Part shown: positions 1 to 12,722 of the stretch, piece by piece
How positions within the stretch are numbered: the stretch's first letter is position 1
Layout of the letters: the number at the start of each line of letters is the position of its first letter
Source of the DNA: Selaginella moellendorffii
Taxonomy: Eukaryota; Plantae; Lycopodiophyta
Assembly (NCBI RefSeq): GCF_000143415.4
Contig: NW_003314298.1
Span: 727,014 to 791,013, forward strand
DNA length: 64,000 nucleotides
Reading direction: 5' to 3'
Notes under the pieces: generated by a model
Told to the model about the DNA's origin: nothing
The model's database searches: none
The model's input: the letters and a program-made list of their open reading frames with translations, nothing else
Translations under genes and position numbers: made by a program

Positions 1-353
1 TTAAACACCAAGAATATTTTTAAAAACCCTAAAGAATATGCTTTCTTTTACTTAGGATTAGGGCTCATGTAAAATCAGGGTTCGAAAAAAACCGTAAAAT
101 CAGGGTTCGAATAAAACTGAAAACCATTATACCCGTTCGAAAAAAAGCTAAACGGGTATTAAACGTTCGATACCCGTTCGAATCCGGTTGCGTTCGAATG
201 TTCGGATGCAAGTATGCCAAGGATCATCGTTTAGGACTATTTGTTTGCAAAAAAAGTATAGCGATGGTACATCTGTACAGTGCGTTTCTCTAGAGAAAAC
301 TCGCGCAAAAACCCCCAGAGAGAATGAGAAAAGAGACCTTTTTCTTCTCACTG

Positions 354-2058
354 TCACTTGATCCGCTTGAGCTTCTTTAGTACGTCCTTGACGTTGGGGC
401 CTTTGTCCCACGAAGCAAACTGGCCCGCGACCTTCTTTATCAGCACTCCAGCGTTAAAAATCGCGGTGGAGTCTCTCAGATTACTCGGCTGTGGCAATCC
501 AAACACCACCCGGTTCACGTCTTCGTCGACTTGCAGGCTGTAGACTTCGCTAAAAATCTGCAAAGCAAGAACAACTTGTAAGCTCTTACTGCTACCAGAA
601 ACGAGAGTCTAGCGAGCTTACTTCACACAATCTCTGGTCTGCTTGTATGTGAGGCTCACGAGCCCGCGAAACAACGTTTATGACGAGGATTCCTTCGGGT
701 TCCAGAGCAGCTTTCGCACTGCGGAGGAATGTTTCGAGAAGGAATTCCTCTGGAGGGCAGCTTAGCCCATTACTGCAACGGAGTTTTCTGATCACTTCGA
801 CAAAGATAAACAGAAAAGACAGAACCGCACCTTGAAATCCATTCGTTGGCGTTAGTAAAGCCTCCGACTGGATGAGGTTGGGATTACGTTTAAAGAACAG
901 GCGTCAAAAGAAGGCCTTTTTTTTGTCGGATGATACAACATCCTCTACAAGCATGGTACCCGTTAATGGAGAATTGATCTGAACAAAGGAGAGAAAAGTC
1001 AATGGTTTCTGTTAGTCGATGCACGGCATTGTTACCTCCTCCAGCAGAGTCCCTTTACAAACTCCATCGTGTGGCAGCAGGAAACTGTAGATGTTCGCAA
1101 CCAAGAGTTAGAAACCTTGACAAGGAAAAGCAGGAAAGAGAAGTGAGGAACTTACGGTACTCCTGAGTCACAATCTAATGGTACAAGCTCTCTCACTAGT
1201 GGGGACAGGAGGTTCTGACCATTTGGAAAGTGGGAATATGCATAAGGTGAGTGGAAACGAATACCTGAAGTTCAGTAGCGGTCTGACAGTCAGTTTCGAG
1301 GTAAATCTGTCCGGAAAGAAGAAACACAGGTTATTTCCGAATGAATCGATGAAAGTTTTATAGTCAGCAAGCCCTACCATGATAAGCCAAGCGGCCTTGG
1401 CACTTTCGACCACTTGCCATTGTCCTTCCTCGGATGAATTGAGCAACTCGTGATCCTTGGCCTGTCGCAAAAGTATCAAGAACTTGGAGGCTTTCGAAAT
1501 GAAATCGAACATACCTTTGGCACCAAAAACACAGCGCACGCATCAGGCATGACTGCCTGTCCAATCTTGGCGTCGAGAACTATTGCTTTGAATGTTCCTC
1601 CCAGAGTGAGAACAGATCTCCGAGAGGGTTGGAGCTTTTCAAGGTCACGAAACTCTGGTCCTCTTCTTCTCAACGCATTTTCCTTCTATATCGCTGCGAT
1701 ATTTTGCGCCTGGAAACATTGGTGTTGGTCTTTTCATAAGAGAAAAACTCAGAAAAAAACTCACATGGAGATTGGAAGAAAGATCATAAGAGATCAAGGA
1801 CAGATCGCTCTTCGTCTCTTTCATGGCAGCGAATAACAGTGGCTTCAGCTTGGACGAAGCCTGAGCAATCGGCACTTGGTAGACAGCTACTTGCCAACCA
1901 TGTCGAAACGTTGATAATAGCAATCCTATAAAACACAACGTGATCTTTGAAAAACGAAACACACGGCTAATTCTTCCACATGCCGATTACATGACTTTCG
2001 GCTAAGGTGATGCAAGCATACTTTCCCAAAGGCCTTAACACTCTTTTGACCTGTCCAA
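354..2058 (-). pseudogene. Truncated tandem duplicate of the METTL13-like methyltransferase gene (5' exons missing, ~780 bp internal deletion)
   Basis: 216-2058 is near-identical to 4693-7338. At ~830, sequence matching ~5325 joins directly to sequence matching ~6108, removing the exons that carry the GLGAG motif. Homology stops at ~2058, so exons 1-2 are absent. Confidence 0.88.
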
Positions 2059-2548
2059 ACCTTTATCATAAACAACATACTCTAATTATCTATGGACCTG
2101 GATGAGCTTTGAAGTTTTATCCCCACAGCAACCTCTCCATCAAAGTCCGGAATTGATTTTGGAATCCATTCACCAGCTGTGAGTTTAATGCTTTATTTAA
2201 CTTTGATCTAATTAACATGCTAATCTCATATATAGCCTTGAGCCTAATTTCTTATTGAATATTTTTCTTGACCATAAACCTAGTGCATAAATGTAGAGCA
2301 CAGGGATGGAGCATATAATGGACTGTTGTTTGTAGCAAATTGTCTAGGTAATGAGGACGAGTTATTTCTCTAGTTCATAAACATATCTCGTTTATTAAAT
2401 AGCAAGATTTATTCATTAGACGTGAACCATCCACCCTCTTTTCCTTAAGGAAAATCTGAAGGGCTTGGTTGAGCGAATTTCTCATTTGCCAGTATAAAAT
2501 TCCAACAGTGGGATCACAACCCACAATCTCTACAACTCGCATTCTATC

Positions 2549-2946
2549 ATGCCTTCGCAGTTTATTATCTGCTTAGTCTTTGCTCTTGTAGCGCTTGCAG
2601 GGACAAGCAACGCTGTAAGCTATTAGTTTGTTGCAAATGCCCACACTAGAACTATGACTCAATCTGGTTTTGATGCAGGCATGCAACTTTGAGGAAGCTG
2701 TGACAAGAACTCGGAGGTTATAAGCGGCACAACATTGACTGCCAATTGTTACAAGCCCAATGGCCAGCTCCAAAGGAGCAGCATCAATCTTAACGATTGC
2801 TTCAGCAACAATGGAGGCACCCTCAACTGTGGCAGCAACTTTAGTGCCTCGTGCCAGAATGTAGTAATCAACCCGTGGTTCCAGCTCCAAGTGCTGCTTC
2901 CATCAATGCGCAGTGCTATGGCAATAGCCAGTATCGTTATACCTCC
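2549..2946 (+). pseudogene. Secreted cyanovirin-N homolog (CVNH) lectin gene, with two frameshifts and a truncated 3' end
   Basis: TATAAAA at ~2493. Exon 1 (2549-2614) encodes the signal peptide MPSQFIICLVFALVALAGTSNA, followed by a GT-AG intron at 2615-2678. Exon 2 reads ACNF/GSCDKNSEVISGTTLTANCYKPNGQLQRSSINLNDCFSNNGGTLNCGSNFSASCQNVVIN/..SINAQCYGNSQYRYTS, matching the CVNH pattern FxxSC...LxAxC...G...SxIxLNxCxxNxxGxL twice. Confidence 0.75.
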
Positions 2947-3117
2947 AAGAGCTTTTTGCACACTTTTCTTCCGTGTCACAAACATGCTCAATCTTGCTGT
3001 TCGCAAAGTAGCGATTTACCACCTTGTTGTTCCTTCACCACCATTCTATCAACGATGCCGATCATCAGAGCATTAGCTCACAGCAGTGCCCTTGGATCTT
3101 CTTCGAGAAAGAACGCA

Positions 3118-4123
3118 CTAACAAGAGAACCAAGCAAAGTTCACGAATCCTGGCACAGCCTTGGGCGCCTCTTCCACTGACCAGCTCTTGGAATCGACTC
3201 CAAAGTGCACAATCCGTGAGTTATCCCTGTCAAGCAGCCATATACTGTTGCTCCCATCAGTGCATACACTGCACATCACATCAAACTCCTCATCACGGCT
3301 CAAAACACTTCTCTCCCCGCCTCTCTACGACAACCAGCCCCTCGTGATCTTCCGCCTGCAACTCATTACTAACCACGAACAGCCGATCCCGATCCAGCTG
3401 AAGAAAGAACCACCTCCATTCGAACTGCAACTCGTCGGAATCAAGCTTGAGAATGCGCCAAGAATCATCCCACAAGTTGTATCTCACGAAGGCATCCGTG
3501 CAAAGCATCACCACCTCCCCGTGATCCAGTATCGGATAGAAACCATCCCCGTTGTCCATGTCCCGTGTGTCTGGGTAGTGTTTGTTCTCGCGCAAGGACC
3601 ACTCGCCCGAGACCGAGTCGTAGATGTAGAAGCCAAGCGATGACCCGAAGCTAGCGACGCAAAACTCTCGCGTCGATCGATCCCTCTCGCGGCGGTACAC
3701 CGTCAAGCGCATGTCAGGGCCGGTCTCTGGCGGCAAAGGAACTCTCACCGGGGAGGAGTTGAGATCGCTGTAGCGCCACACGAAGATGGAGGATGGCGCC
3801 CACCATTTCACAAGGCACAGCAAGCCCGCGTCGCTGCTGGCGATGGTCATGCCCTTGGGGAGCTTCTGGAAGTGGCGCCACTCGCTGCGAGGGGAGTTGT
3901 CGAGCGGCTTGACGAGGAGGGATCCAGAAAGACGAAAGAAGAGGTGAGGGATGCAGCGGTGGGAGAGAGCGTAGCCTTTGCGGAAGATGGGATCGTCAAT
4001 TGCTCGTCGCCATTCGCGGCACACGCACCTGGCCTGGCACAGATCGATCGCGGACAGCCTGAGGAAGACGAGCTCCAGCTCTGCCACGACTTCGCCGCTG
4101 GCGATCGCTCCTCCTTGCCGCAT
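3118..4123 (-). pseudogene. Intronless F-box protein gene with a frameshift near 3300
   Basis: N-terminal F-box motif LELVFLRLSAIDLCQARCVCREWRRAIDDPIF. The 3293-4123 ORF ends at KCFEP* while coding-like sequence continues in another frame (3118-3303). Could be a sequencing error or a truncated but functional gene. Confidence 0.7.
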
Positions 4124-4847
4124 TGTGTGAGTGCCCTAGAGCGTGCCCTCTCGATTTTAGGGCTTTACAATTTTAGGGTTCTTGCATCTTTAACATTGAG
4201 GGCGCCGCTCTTTCTTCGCGGCTAGCTTATACGCGGATGCCACAACGATTTCTCGCGGCTTCCATGGCACGGGTCAGTGATTCGTTGTTCGCTGCCTTGT
4301 TCGACTGATGGACGCCACATCGCCTTCTTCTCTCTCTCTTTTTTTTCTCGCGCATTTAGTACTGGGGCACTGCGAAGATTCTATCGCGTGTGCTTTGCCC
4401 GTTCAGCTAATGCTACATTGCTCATCTCCTTTCGCAATGTCCTGGGATTTCTTTCATCTCTTCTCTGGACAAAGATCTCATCTCATCATGTAGGAGAGAT
4501 TCTTCATTCTTCTCGCTTTTTCGTACATCTTTTCTGGGGCTACACGCGATTTAATTTCCAGTGCGTGTCGAATGCACAGATTAAATCTTGTCGATCTCTC
4601 CTGTGGCTTTGTGAGAGATTCACGCGATGAATCTTCTCATGCAGTTGGCAGGAGAACAAAAAACCATCTTTTGTTTGATTTCGATGACACACCAAGGATC
4701 ATCGTTTAGGACTCGTTGTTTGCAAAAAAAGTATAGCGATGGTACATCTGTACAGTGCGTTTCTCTAGAGAAAACTCGTGCAAAAACCCCCAGAGAGAAT
4801 GAGAAAAGATGGAAAGAAAATAAAACCAGACCTTTTTCTTCTCACTG

Positions 4848-7800
4848 TCACTTGATCCGCTTGATCTTCTTTAGTACGTCCTTGACGTTGGGGCCTTTGT
4901 CCCACGAAGCAAACTGGCCCGCGACCTTCTTTAGCAGCACTCCAGCGTTAAAAATCGCGGTGGAGTCTCTCAGGTTACTCGGCTGTGGCAATCCAAACAC
5001 CACCCGGTTCACGTCTTCGTCGACTTGCAGGCTGTAGACTTCGCTAAAAATCTGCAAAGCAAGAACAACTTCTAAGCTCTTACTGCTACCAGAAACGAGA
5101 GTCTAGCGAGCTTACTTTACACATTCTCTGGTCTGCTTGTATGTGAGGCTCACGAGCCCGCGAAACAACGTTTATGACAAGGATTCCTTCGGGTTCCAGA
5201 GCAGCTTTCGCATTGCGGAGGAATGTTTCGAGAAGGAATTCCTCGGGAGGGCAGCTTAGCCCATTACTGCAACGGAGTTATCTGATCACTTCAACAAAGA
5301 TCAACAGAAAAGAGAGAACCGAACCTTGGATCGGAGGAATCAGCGTCAATGAGTAGTATGTGCAATTTATGTCTAGTGTTCTCGCTGTTAGCTTGTTCTT
5401 CCATCTGAAATAAGAAATATTTGAGAGTTTCTTCTTTCAAGTTTGATCTTTCAACTCATACCTCTTGTTTTGCTATAGCATCGACAGCGGCTAATCCATC
5501 TCCAAGTCTCAGCTGTAAGAGAATATATTATTGGTTAAGAAGAAAAAGAAAAATTGGGGACTCTCATGCCTGCATGCGATCGTCTTCCACAAATCCAAAG
5601 TGACGCTTTGCCAAATCAGCAACAACCGGATCCAGCTCCACTACCTTAAACAAGAAAAAAACTTTTGTCATGTAACGAAAAACAAAGAGAACACTTTACC
5701 TCAATGCTGTTGAAGGGAAAATGCTTGTACAGAAACATTGGGAGCAATCCAGCACCAAGCCCAACGATCATCACACGAATCTGTACTAGTAGTTGAGGAT
5801 TAATTCTTTGTCACAAGCAGAAAATAGCTAACACTTTGATGCCATGCCTGTTCTTTGGAAGATACGCATGACTCAATCTTAGTAGCGATCAAAGATAGGC
5901 CTGCCACCATCCCTTCGTGATACGGACTGGCCAAGTAACTGTGATCTACCTTCATCTCATCCGTGGTGTCTGGAACAAACACAAGAACAAGAAAAAATAA
6001 AGTTACACTTTGATTAAAGTCAAGAAGTTTCTATACCACGTACTTTGTCTTCTCTGCGCTGCAGTTTCTTTGCCATGTTTGTTTTTCTTTTTACTACCCA
6101 CGCGTCGAAATCCATTCGTTGGCGTTAGTAAAGCCTCCGACTGGATGAGGTTGGGATTACGTTTAAAGAACAGGCGTCGAAAGAAAGCCTTTTTTTTGTC
6201 GGATGATACAACATCCTCTACAAGCATGGTACCCGTTAATGGAGAATCGATCTGAACAAAGAAGAGAAAAGTCAATGGTTTCTGTTTGTTAATCGATGCA
6301 CGGCATTGTTACCTCCTCCAGCAGAGTCCCTTTACAAACTCCATCGTGTGGCAGCAGGAAACTGCAGATGTTCGCAACCAAGAGTTAGAAACCTCGACAA
6401 GGAAAAGCGGGAAAGAGAAGTGAGGAACTTACGGTACTCCTGAGTCACAATCTAATGGTACAAGCTCTCTCACTAGCGGGGACAGGAGGTTCTGACCATT
6501 TGGAAAGTGGGAATATGCACAAGGTGAGTGGAAACGGATACCTGAAGTTCAGTAGCGGTCTGACAGTCAGTTTCGAGGTAAACCTGTCCGAAAAGAAGAA
6601 ACACAGGTTATTTCCGACAGATGAATCGATGCAAGTTTTATAGCCAGCAAGTGCTACCATGATAAGCCGAGCGGCCTTGGCACTTTCGACCACTTGCCAT
6701 TGTCCCTCCTCGGATGAATAGAGCCACTCGTGAGCCTTGGCCTGTCGCAAAAGTATAAAGATCTTGGAGGCTTTCGAAATGAAATCGAACATACCTTTGG
6801 CACCAAAAACACAGCGCACGCATCAGGCGTGACGGCCTGTCCAATCTTGGCGTCGAGAACTATTGCTTTGAATGTTCCTCCCAGAGTTAGAACAGATCTC
6901 CGAGAGGGTTGGAGCTTTTCAAAGTCACGAAACTCTGGTCCTCTTCTTCTCAACGCATTTTCCTTCTCTATCGCTGCGATATTTTGCGCCTGGAAACATT
7001 GGTGTTGGTCTTTTCATAAGAGAAAAACTCAGAAAAAAACTCACATGGAGATCGGACGAAAGATCATAAGAGATCAAGGACAGATCGCTCGTCGTCTCTT
7101 TCGTGGCAACGAATAACAGCGGCTTCAGCTTGGACGAAGCCTGAGCAATCGGCACTTGGTAGACAGCTACTTGCCAACCATGTCGAAACGTTGATAATAG
7201 CAATCCTATCAAACACAACGTGATCTTTGAAAAACGAAACACACAGGTAATTCTTCCACATACCGATTACGTGACTTTCGGCTAAGGTGATGCAAGCATA
7301 CTTTCCCAAAGGCCTTAACACTCTTTTGACCTATCCAAAAGTACTGTCACTCTCGAGAAAAGAAAGAAGAACGAAATGGAAAGGAAAAGAAAACGCACCT
7401 CTGAGAGAAAACGTTTCCCGGACGCGCTATCTTCATCCGCCTGTCCAAGCACAGCATCCAGTGCTCCTTTGTCAAGAATGAAGTCGAACGAATCATTCGA
7501 GAACTAGGAAAAGAAAAAAAAAAAGAGAGTAAAAGGCATTGCTCTCAGCTCGATCGAGAAAAGAGATGCAAGAAAATAGCTTTACCTGCATTTCCGTCAT
7601 GTCCATGACCTTCCAGAACATCATCGGCCTGTCCCTGATGTTTCTGCGCATCATCTCCATGATCACACTCCGCGAGAAATCGATGTTGGTGATATTCGTG
7701 AAGCCGTGGTCATACATGGCCGACGAGAGCTCCGAATTGCCACAGCCGGGAATCAAGACGGCCGGGAGAGGGCTGAGCTGCGGATTGAGGCCGCAATGGC

Positions 7801-7930
7801 GCTCCAGCAGCGGGAACAAATCCGACCATTGTGCGTACCATTCGAAGGGGAGGCCGTCGCGCGCCACCAAGAATTCGTCCCAGAAGCGCTGCTCCTTGAA
7901 GGAGCGATTGGGAAGAGCATTGTCGCCCAT
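4848..7930 (-). CDS. METTL13: eEF1A lysine and N-terminal methyltransferase (METTL13-like, two methyltransferase domains), multi-exon
   Basis: FWDEF..FEWYAQW, VLIPGCGNSELS, NIDFS, SFDFILDKGALDA and VKRVLRPLGKYACITLAESH in the N-terminal domain. DHSYLASPYHEGM, VMIVGLGAG, VVELDPVV and GILVINVVSR in the C-terminal spermidine-synthase-like domain. Short spliceable introns throughout. Confidence 0.9.
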
Positions 7931-8761
7931 TCTATTCGCCCGCGATAAACCCTAGCAAAGCTCATTTGCTAAAAATCATTTTGCTACATATAGTTGACCA
8001 ACTTGTAATATGGAATTTCCATTGACCAGGATTAAAAATCTGATTTAAATTAAAGAAAATATGTTCTTTATTATTTTATATTATTTATAAATCTCAAATA
8101 TTTTGATCTTAGCTTAGCCAGTTGACATATCATCACTGTGATTTCTGGGTCTGAAAATTTACTGATTTCTCAGAGCATCATGGTGGCACTTGTATTTAAC
8201 AAGCACAGCTCAAGCATCATAGTAGCATACATGTAATATGACAGCCAAGGAACATCTATTATCTGGAGGAACTAAATACCAATTTGATGAAATACATCTG
8301 TATCTGAAGGCATTGTCAAGTGTCCTAGCTCATGCTCAACTGATTGATTGTTGTGCTAAAAGCAAGTGTCAATGAAAAATGGACATCTTGTGTGAGCAAC
8401 GAAGAGATTGTCATTGTGATATGGTAATATTAATGTGTGGGGCCAGAGAATTTTCCCTCATTCTTGATATCATTTGGAGCTACTACCTACTACTGGATAA
8501 ATGGTCATGATGAATGATCATAGACCCAACAATCTTTTATATTGTTGTTAAGCCCATTAAGCTTTGTATTATATGTGTGATAATCAAATGATTCAAGTGA
8601 CATGGATAACAAAAGATGGTATTTTGTAGAGGAACTTTGAGCTCATAATTGATTCCAATATATTCAAAAGAAATATTGATCAAATCAGCATTCACTATTA
8701 ACTCATCTACTATCTTATAGTATATTTTCCCATAAGTCCAAACACAGCTTGGAGCATTGGA

Positions 8762-8827
8762 TGCAAAGTAAATATACTTGCATTCTCGTCATATGCTCTA
8801 TTAACCATTAAAAAATTGACATGCACA
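8762..8827 (-). mobile_element. Highly degenerate SWIM zinc-finger remnant (possible Mutator-like transposase relic) in an AT-rich tract
   Basis: The minus strand translates as CACQFFNG**SI*RECKYIYFA, resembling CxC-x(n)-CKHI. It lies within a ~2.8 kb AT-rich region with no long ORF. Confidence 0.3.
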
Positions 8828-10936
8828 AATGTATTCCTAACAAGAATCATAAAAACTTCATTGTTCTTTCAGCCCGACATAAAACATTATCATATATATT
8901 TCCCATGTAGCCTTATATCCTTTATACCACTATTAGTATTCATTCCACAGTAAGCATATTATACATGAATCTCATTCTGAAAACCCCACCTGATATTACA
9001 TAGCATGAATCTAAGTGAGATATTCCCCAATAAAATACTATATTTATATATATTTTTTATCAACCACTAAAAGTAATATACTGCTTTTTAACATATCTTG
9101 TTAGATATAAGTTTTTGGCCATCTCTTCTTTATTTATCAGATTTTTTCATACGAAAAACAGAAAGTCAAAGTTTACCACAAGAATGTGTAGCAAACTACA
9201 TGAAAAGGTTGCATTCCACTCCATTAATAGCTAACTTGTCCATTACTTAAATGTCAATGAGTGGAAAAACCTCACATTAATATCATCAACCTTGAGTATC
9301 TTCATGTTGCCTTTGTTCATTGCCTTAGTAACTTACAAGATGAAATGCTTAAATTTTATTTATGTTTGGATCAATAACAATTTTCAATTTTTAGGCACTC
9401 TAATAGGGGAGATAGAGCACGAAAGAGCCATGGTTTTCTTTCTTTATTTTTTCATTTCAATCTTCTATATATTAGAAGTTTGTATTTCTAAAGAAATATA
9501 TATGAATAAATTGTATTACTGTTAGCATTATATAGTTTTATAAATAGTACTTTCATATATAGCTTTCAGAAAGATGTTGATGTACAAAGTACACATTACT
9601 CATGCACTGGTTGTTCCAAAATTATTGCTATTGGACAAGGAACAAAAGTTTGATGATGACACTTCAATTGATGTTCTTGCAATTGATTACCATAGTAAAT
9701 AAAAAGTTCAAAAGCAATCATGAAAAATGTTAGATTTAGATAGAATGGCATGAACTCTTTAACATCCTTATGAAAACCAAGGCAAAAATGTTATTCAAAA
9801 GTTGCATCATCCCATAAAATATCAATGGCAACCATTTAAAATTCTAATGCCGGTAAATATAAATTTGGAGCCTTGGCAATTACTGCAATTACTATTGGTA
9901 GTACCCTCTTGATTAATATTACTAAATATGTTGTTGAAGTGGTTTACAAAGAGATCAAAACTTTACAAAATAGAGAACCAGGAAAGAAGCATTCCAATAA
10001 AAAAAAGATTTGATCAATCTCAAGAAGTTAAAGTGGAATATTGATCAGGCTGCATAATAATTTAAAACTTGATTTGGTTGACGAAGCTACAGAATTTAGA
10101 CCATGTGTCATCAAACTTTACTATTATACCAATCTTTAGTTAAAAAAGAAAAAGTTATTTTTGGTATTAAATAATTTACTAAAGCTAAAAATGTATATCA
10201 GAGTATCAAGAACTCGTCATTAAAAAAGGGAAGACAACAAAATTATCAATAAAATACTAAAGCAGCAAAAAAGAAAAGATAAGTTTGTGTTAAACACTTT
10301 ATCCTTAAAACCTTATTTTTATAAACTTAATAAATGTCTATAGAAGATTTTAAATTCAAATCCCATGACCAAAGATTTAAGGTTCAATTTTTACTATAGA
10401 CAGTAATGGTGAATAAATAAATATAATAAGATGACAAATACATGACATCCCTAAACCCTATTAATATGAATTCTTTGGCAAATAAATATTCTTATGTGGT
10501 GTAAAAAATGCATAATATAAACATTTACATGCAAACATTATTTTTAGTCGTATAACTCGCACACACTGTATGAATTTTTTTATATTTTACAAATTTGGTA
10601 AGTGCCACCTAGTACACCTTCCCTTTGGAGGTGTACCTCCACCTTGAATTGACAATCACAAATCACTTCACTTTTGATACAAGGAGGTACAACATGTGTT
10701 TTGTATGTTTTCTGGTTTTCTCCGCAGCTGTCCAGTAGTCAAGATATCATATCATACATCGTGTCAGTTTCTTGCTGGAGGGTTCATTATTAAGATCACT
10801 AGCAAATTTACATGTTCTTCATGATTTATGTTTAGAAAAGGTGAATTATAATAATTCAAGCTGGTGAGGTAAAACTGCTAGCGGCCAATAATAAATGCGC
10901 TACAACACCCTGTCTACATTGGAAACAGAGAATAGG

Positions 10937-12722
10937 ATGGAGGAAGTTCCGGAGGAAGTTCCGGAGGGCGCCTTTGGCAAGCACAAATGCGTGCTCAGCA
11001 TCGATGGGGGCGGCGTGCGCGGCCTCATCCCAGCACAGATCCTCATCTTCCTCGAGGAATGCCTCCAGGTTATAACGAGAGCAGTAGCAATGTCTTGTTT
11101 TGCTAGATCTTTCATTTCATCTTGGGTCGATCACACAGGAGCTGGACGGCCCCGACGCTCGAATCGCAGACTACTTCGATGTAGTCGCCGGGACGAGCAC
11201 TGGCGGCTTGATCTCGATCATGCTCGCCGCCCCCGATGCGCAGCGACGACCCTTATTCACGGCCAAAGGTATCAACAAGTTCTACCTCGACAATTGCAAG
11301 ACCATCTTCAATAGAGATCGGTATGTTAGGACTGTAGATAATCTCTCTTCTTTGTGGTTCTTGTTCTTCGCTAGATAGCAAGATAACTGTAGTCCATATC
11401 TATCTTTCCTCAGCATGACATCCATCCGTGCTATGTTTGGTCCCAAGTACTCTCCAACAAACTTGGAGCATTTGCTCGAGAGCTATCTCAAAGACACGCG
11501 AATCCGAGACACCGTGACCGAGCTCCTCGTCACTGCTTTCGATACGAGGCTCCAGAATCCAGTCTTCTTCACCACAGCTGCTGTAAGTTCTTACTTCTTG
11601 CCGATCTAGATAAATTTTTTTCGAGCTTAGCCTTTTGTCTCGACAGGGACGAGTGGATCCAACCAAGAACGCTTTGCTGCGAGAAATCGCTCGTGGAACC
11701 TCGGCGGCTCCCACGTTTTTCCCGCCAGTGAGATTCAGCTGCGAGGATTCCGAGTACCATTTGACAGACGGAGGTCTCGTCGCGAACAATCCTGTAAGTT
11801 CTTCGTTCGCATTATAAGAACTAGACTTCTTTCTTCCTTTGTTTATTTTGTTTCTCTTGTCTTATATGAGCAGACTTTTCTTGCTCTAGTCGAGGCCTTC
11901 AAGGATCCTCAAACCAACAAGCTACTCAAGGATTCCAAGAGAACTTTACTCGAGGTTTGGTTCTTTTCGCTGAAAAAAGTGAACTCTTTGAATCTGATCT
12001 AGAAAGTTTTTCTTTTTCCAGCGATTCAATGACTGCTTGGTGCTCTCACTGGGATGCGGCACTCTTCCTTTCAGTTACGAGGCCCAGGAGATTTCCAAAT
12101 GGGGAGCTCTTGGCTGGGTGCTACACAAAGATGGTGCTCCGATCATCAACATGCTCTTGGACGCGAGCTCGGATATGATGGACAACAACATCGCTCTCAT
12201 GTTTAAAACTGGATTTTGCGACAAGAACTTGATCAGAGTCCAGGCAAGTTATCTCGACTTTGGTTAGATCCAAACTTACAAACGATGGTTATAACAGACA
12301 ACAAGACTGTCCAAGACCACGGCCGAAGTGGACAACTCCACGCCAGAGAACCTCAAAAACTTGGCAGCTCTCGGCCAGGAACTTCTCGACGAGCGATTGG
12401 CACGGACAAACTTTGTTACTGGAAAGTTCCAAGATGCGACGGCCGAGACGAATAGAACAGCCATCAAACGGTGAGTTTTCTTTCTTTCAATCCTATCAGC
12501 TCGTGACAAGTTCTTTCTACGATCAGGTTCTCCAAATGGTTGTCGCTAGAGCGCAAGGCTCGAGAGGCACAACGAGAAGGGGAGCCCGAACAGATCCACG
12601 AGATGCGAAGAGTCACTTCTGCGAGGTGGAAAAACCCGAGTAAAATTTCTTATTCCAATCTACCGAGACCTTTCAAGAACACACCAAGACTTTGCAACCA
12701 TCCTCTTCCCATCTGGTGCTAA
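10937..12722 (+). CDS. Patatin-like phospholipase A (pPLA-II type), multi-exon
   Basis: [11 protein letters not shown] oxyanion motif, [17 protein letters not shown] (catalytic Ser), [19 protein letters not shown] (catalytic Asp) and VLSLGCG. An alternative in-frame ATG lies at 10895. Confidence 0.93.
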
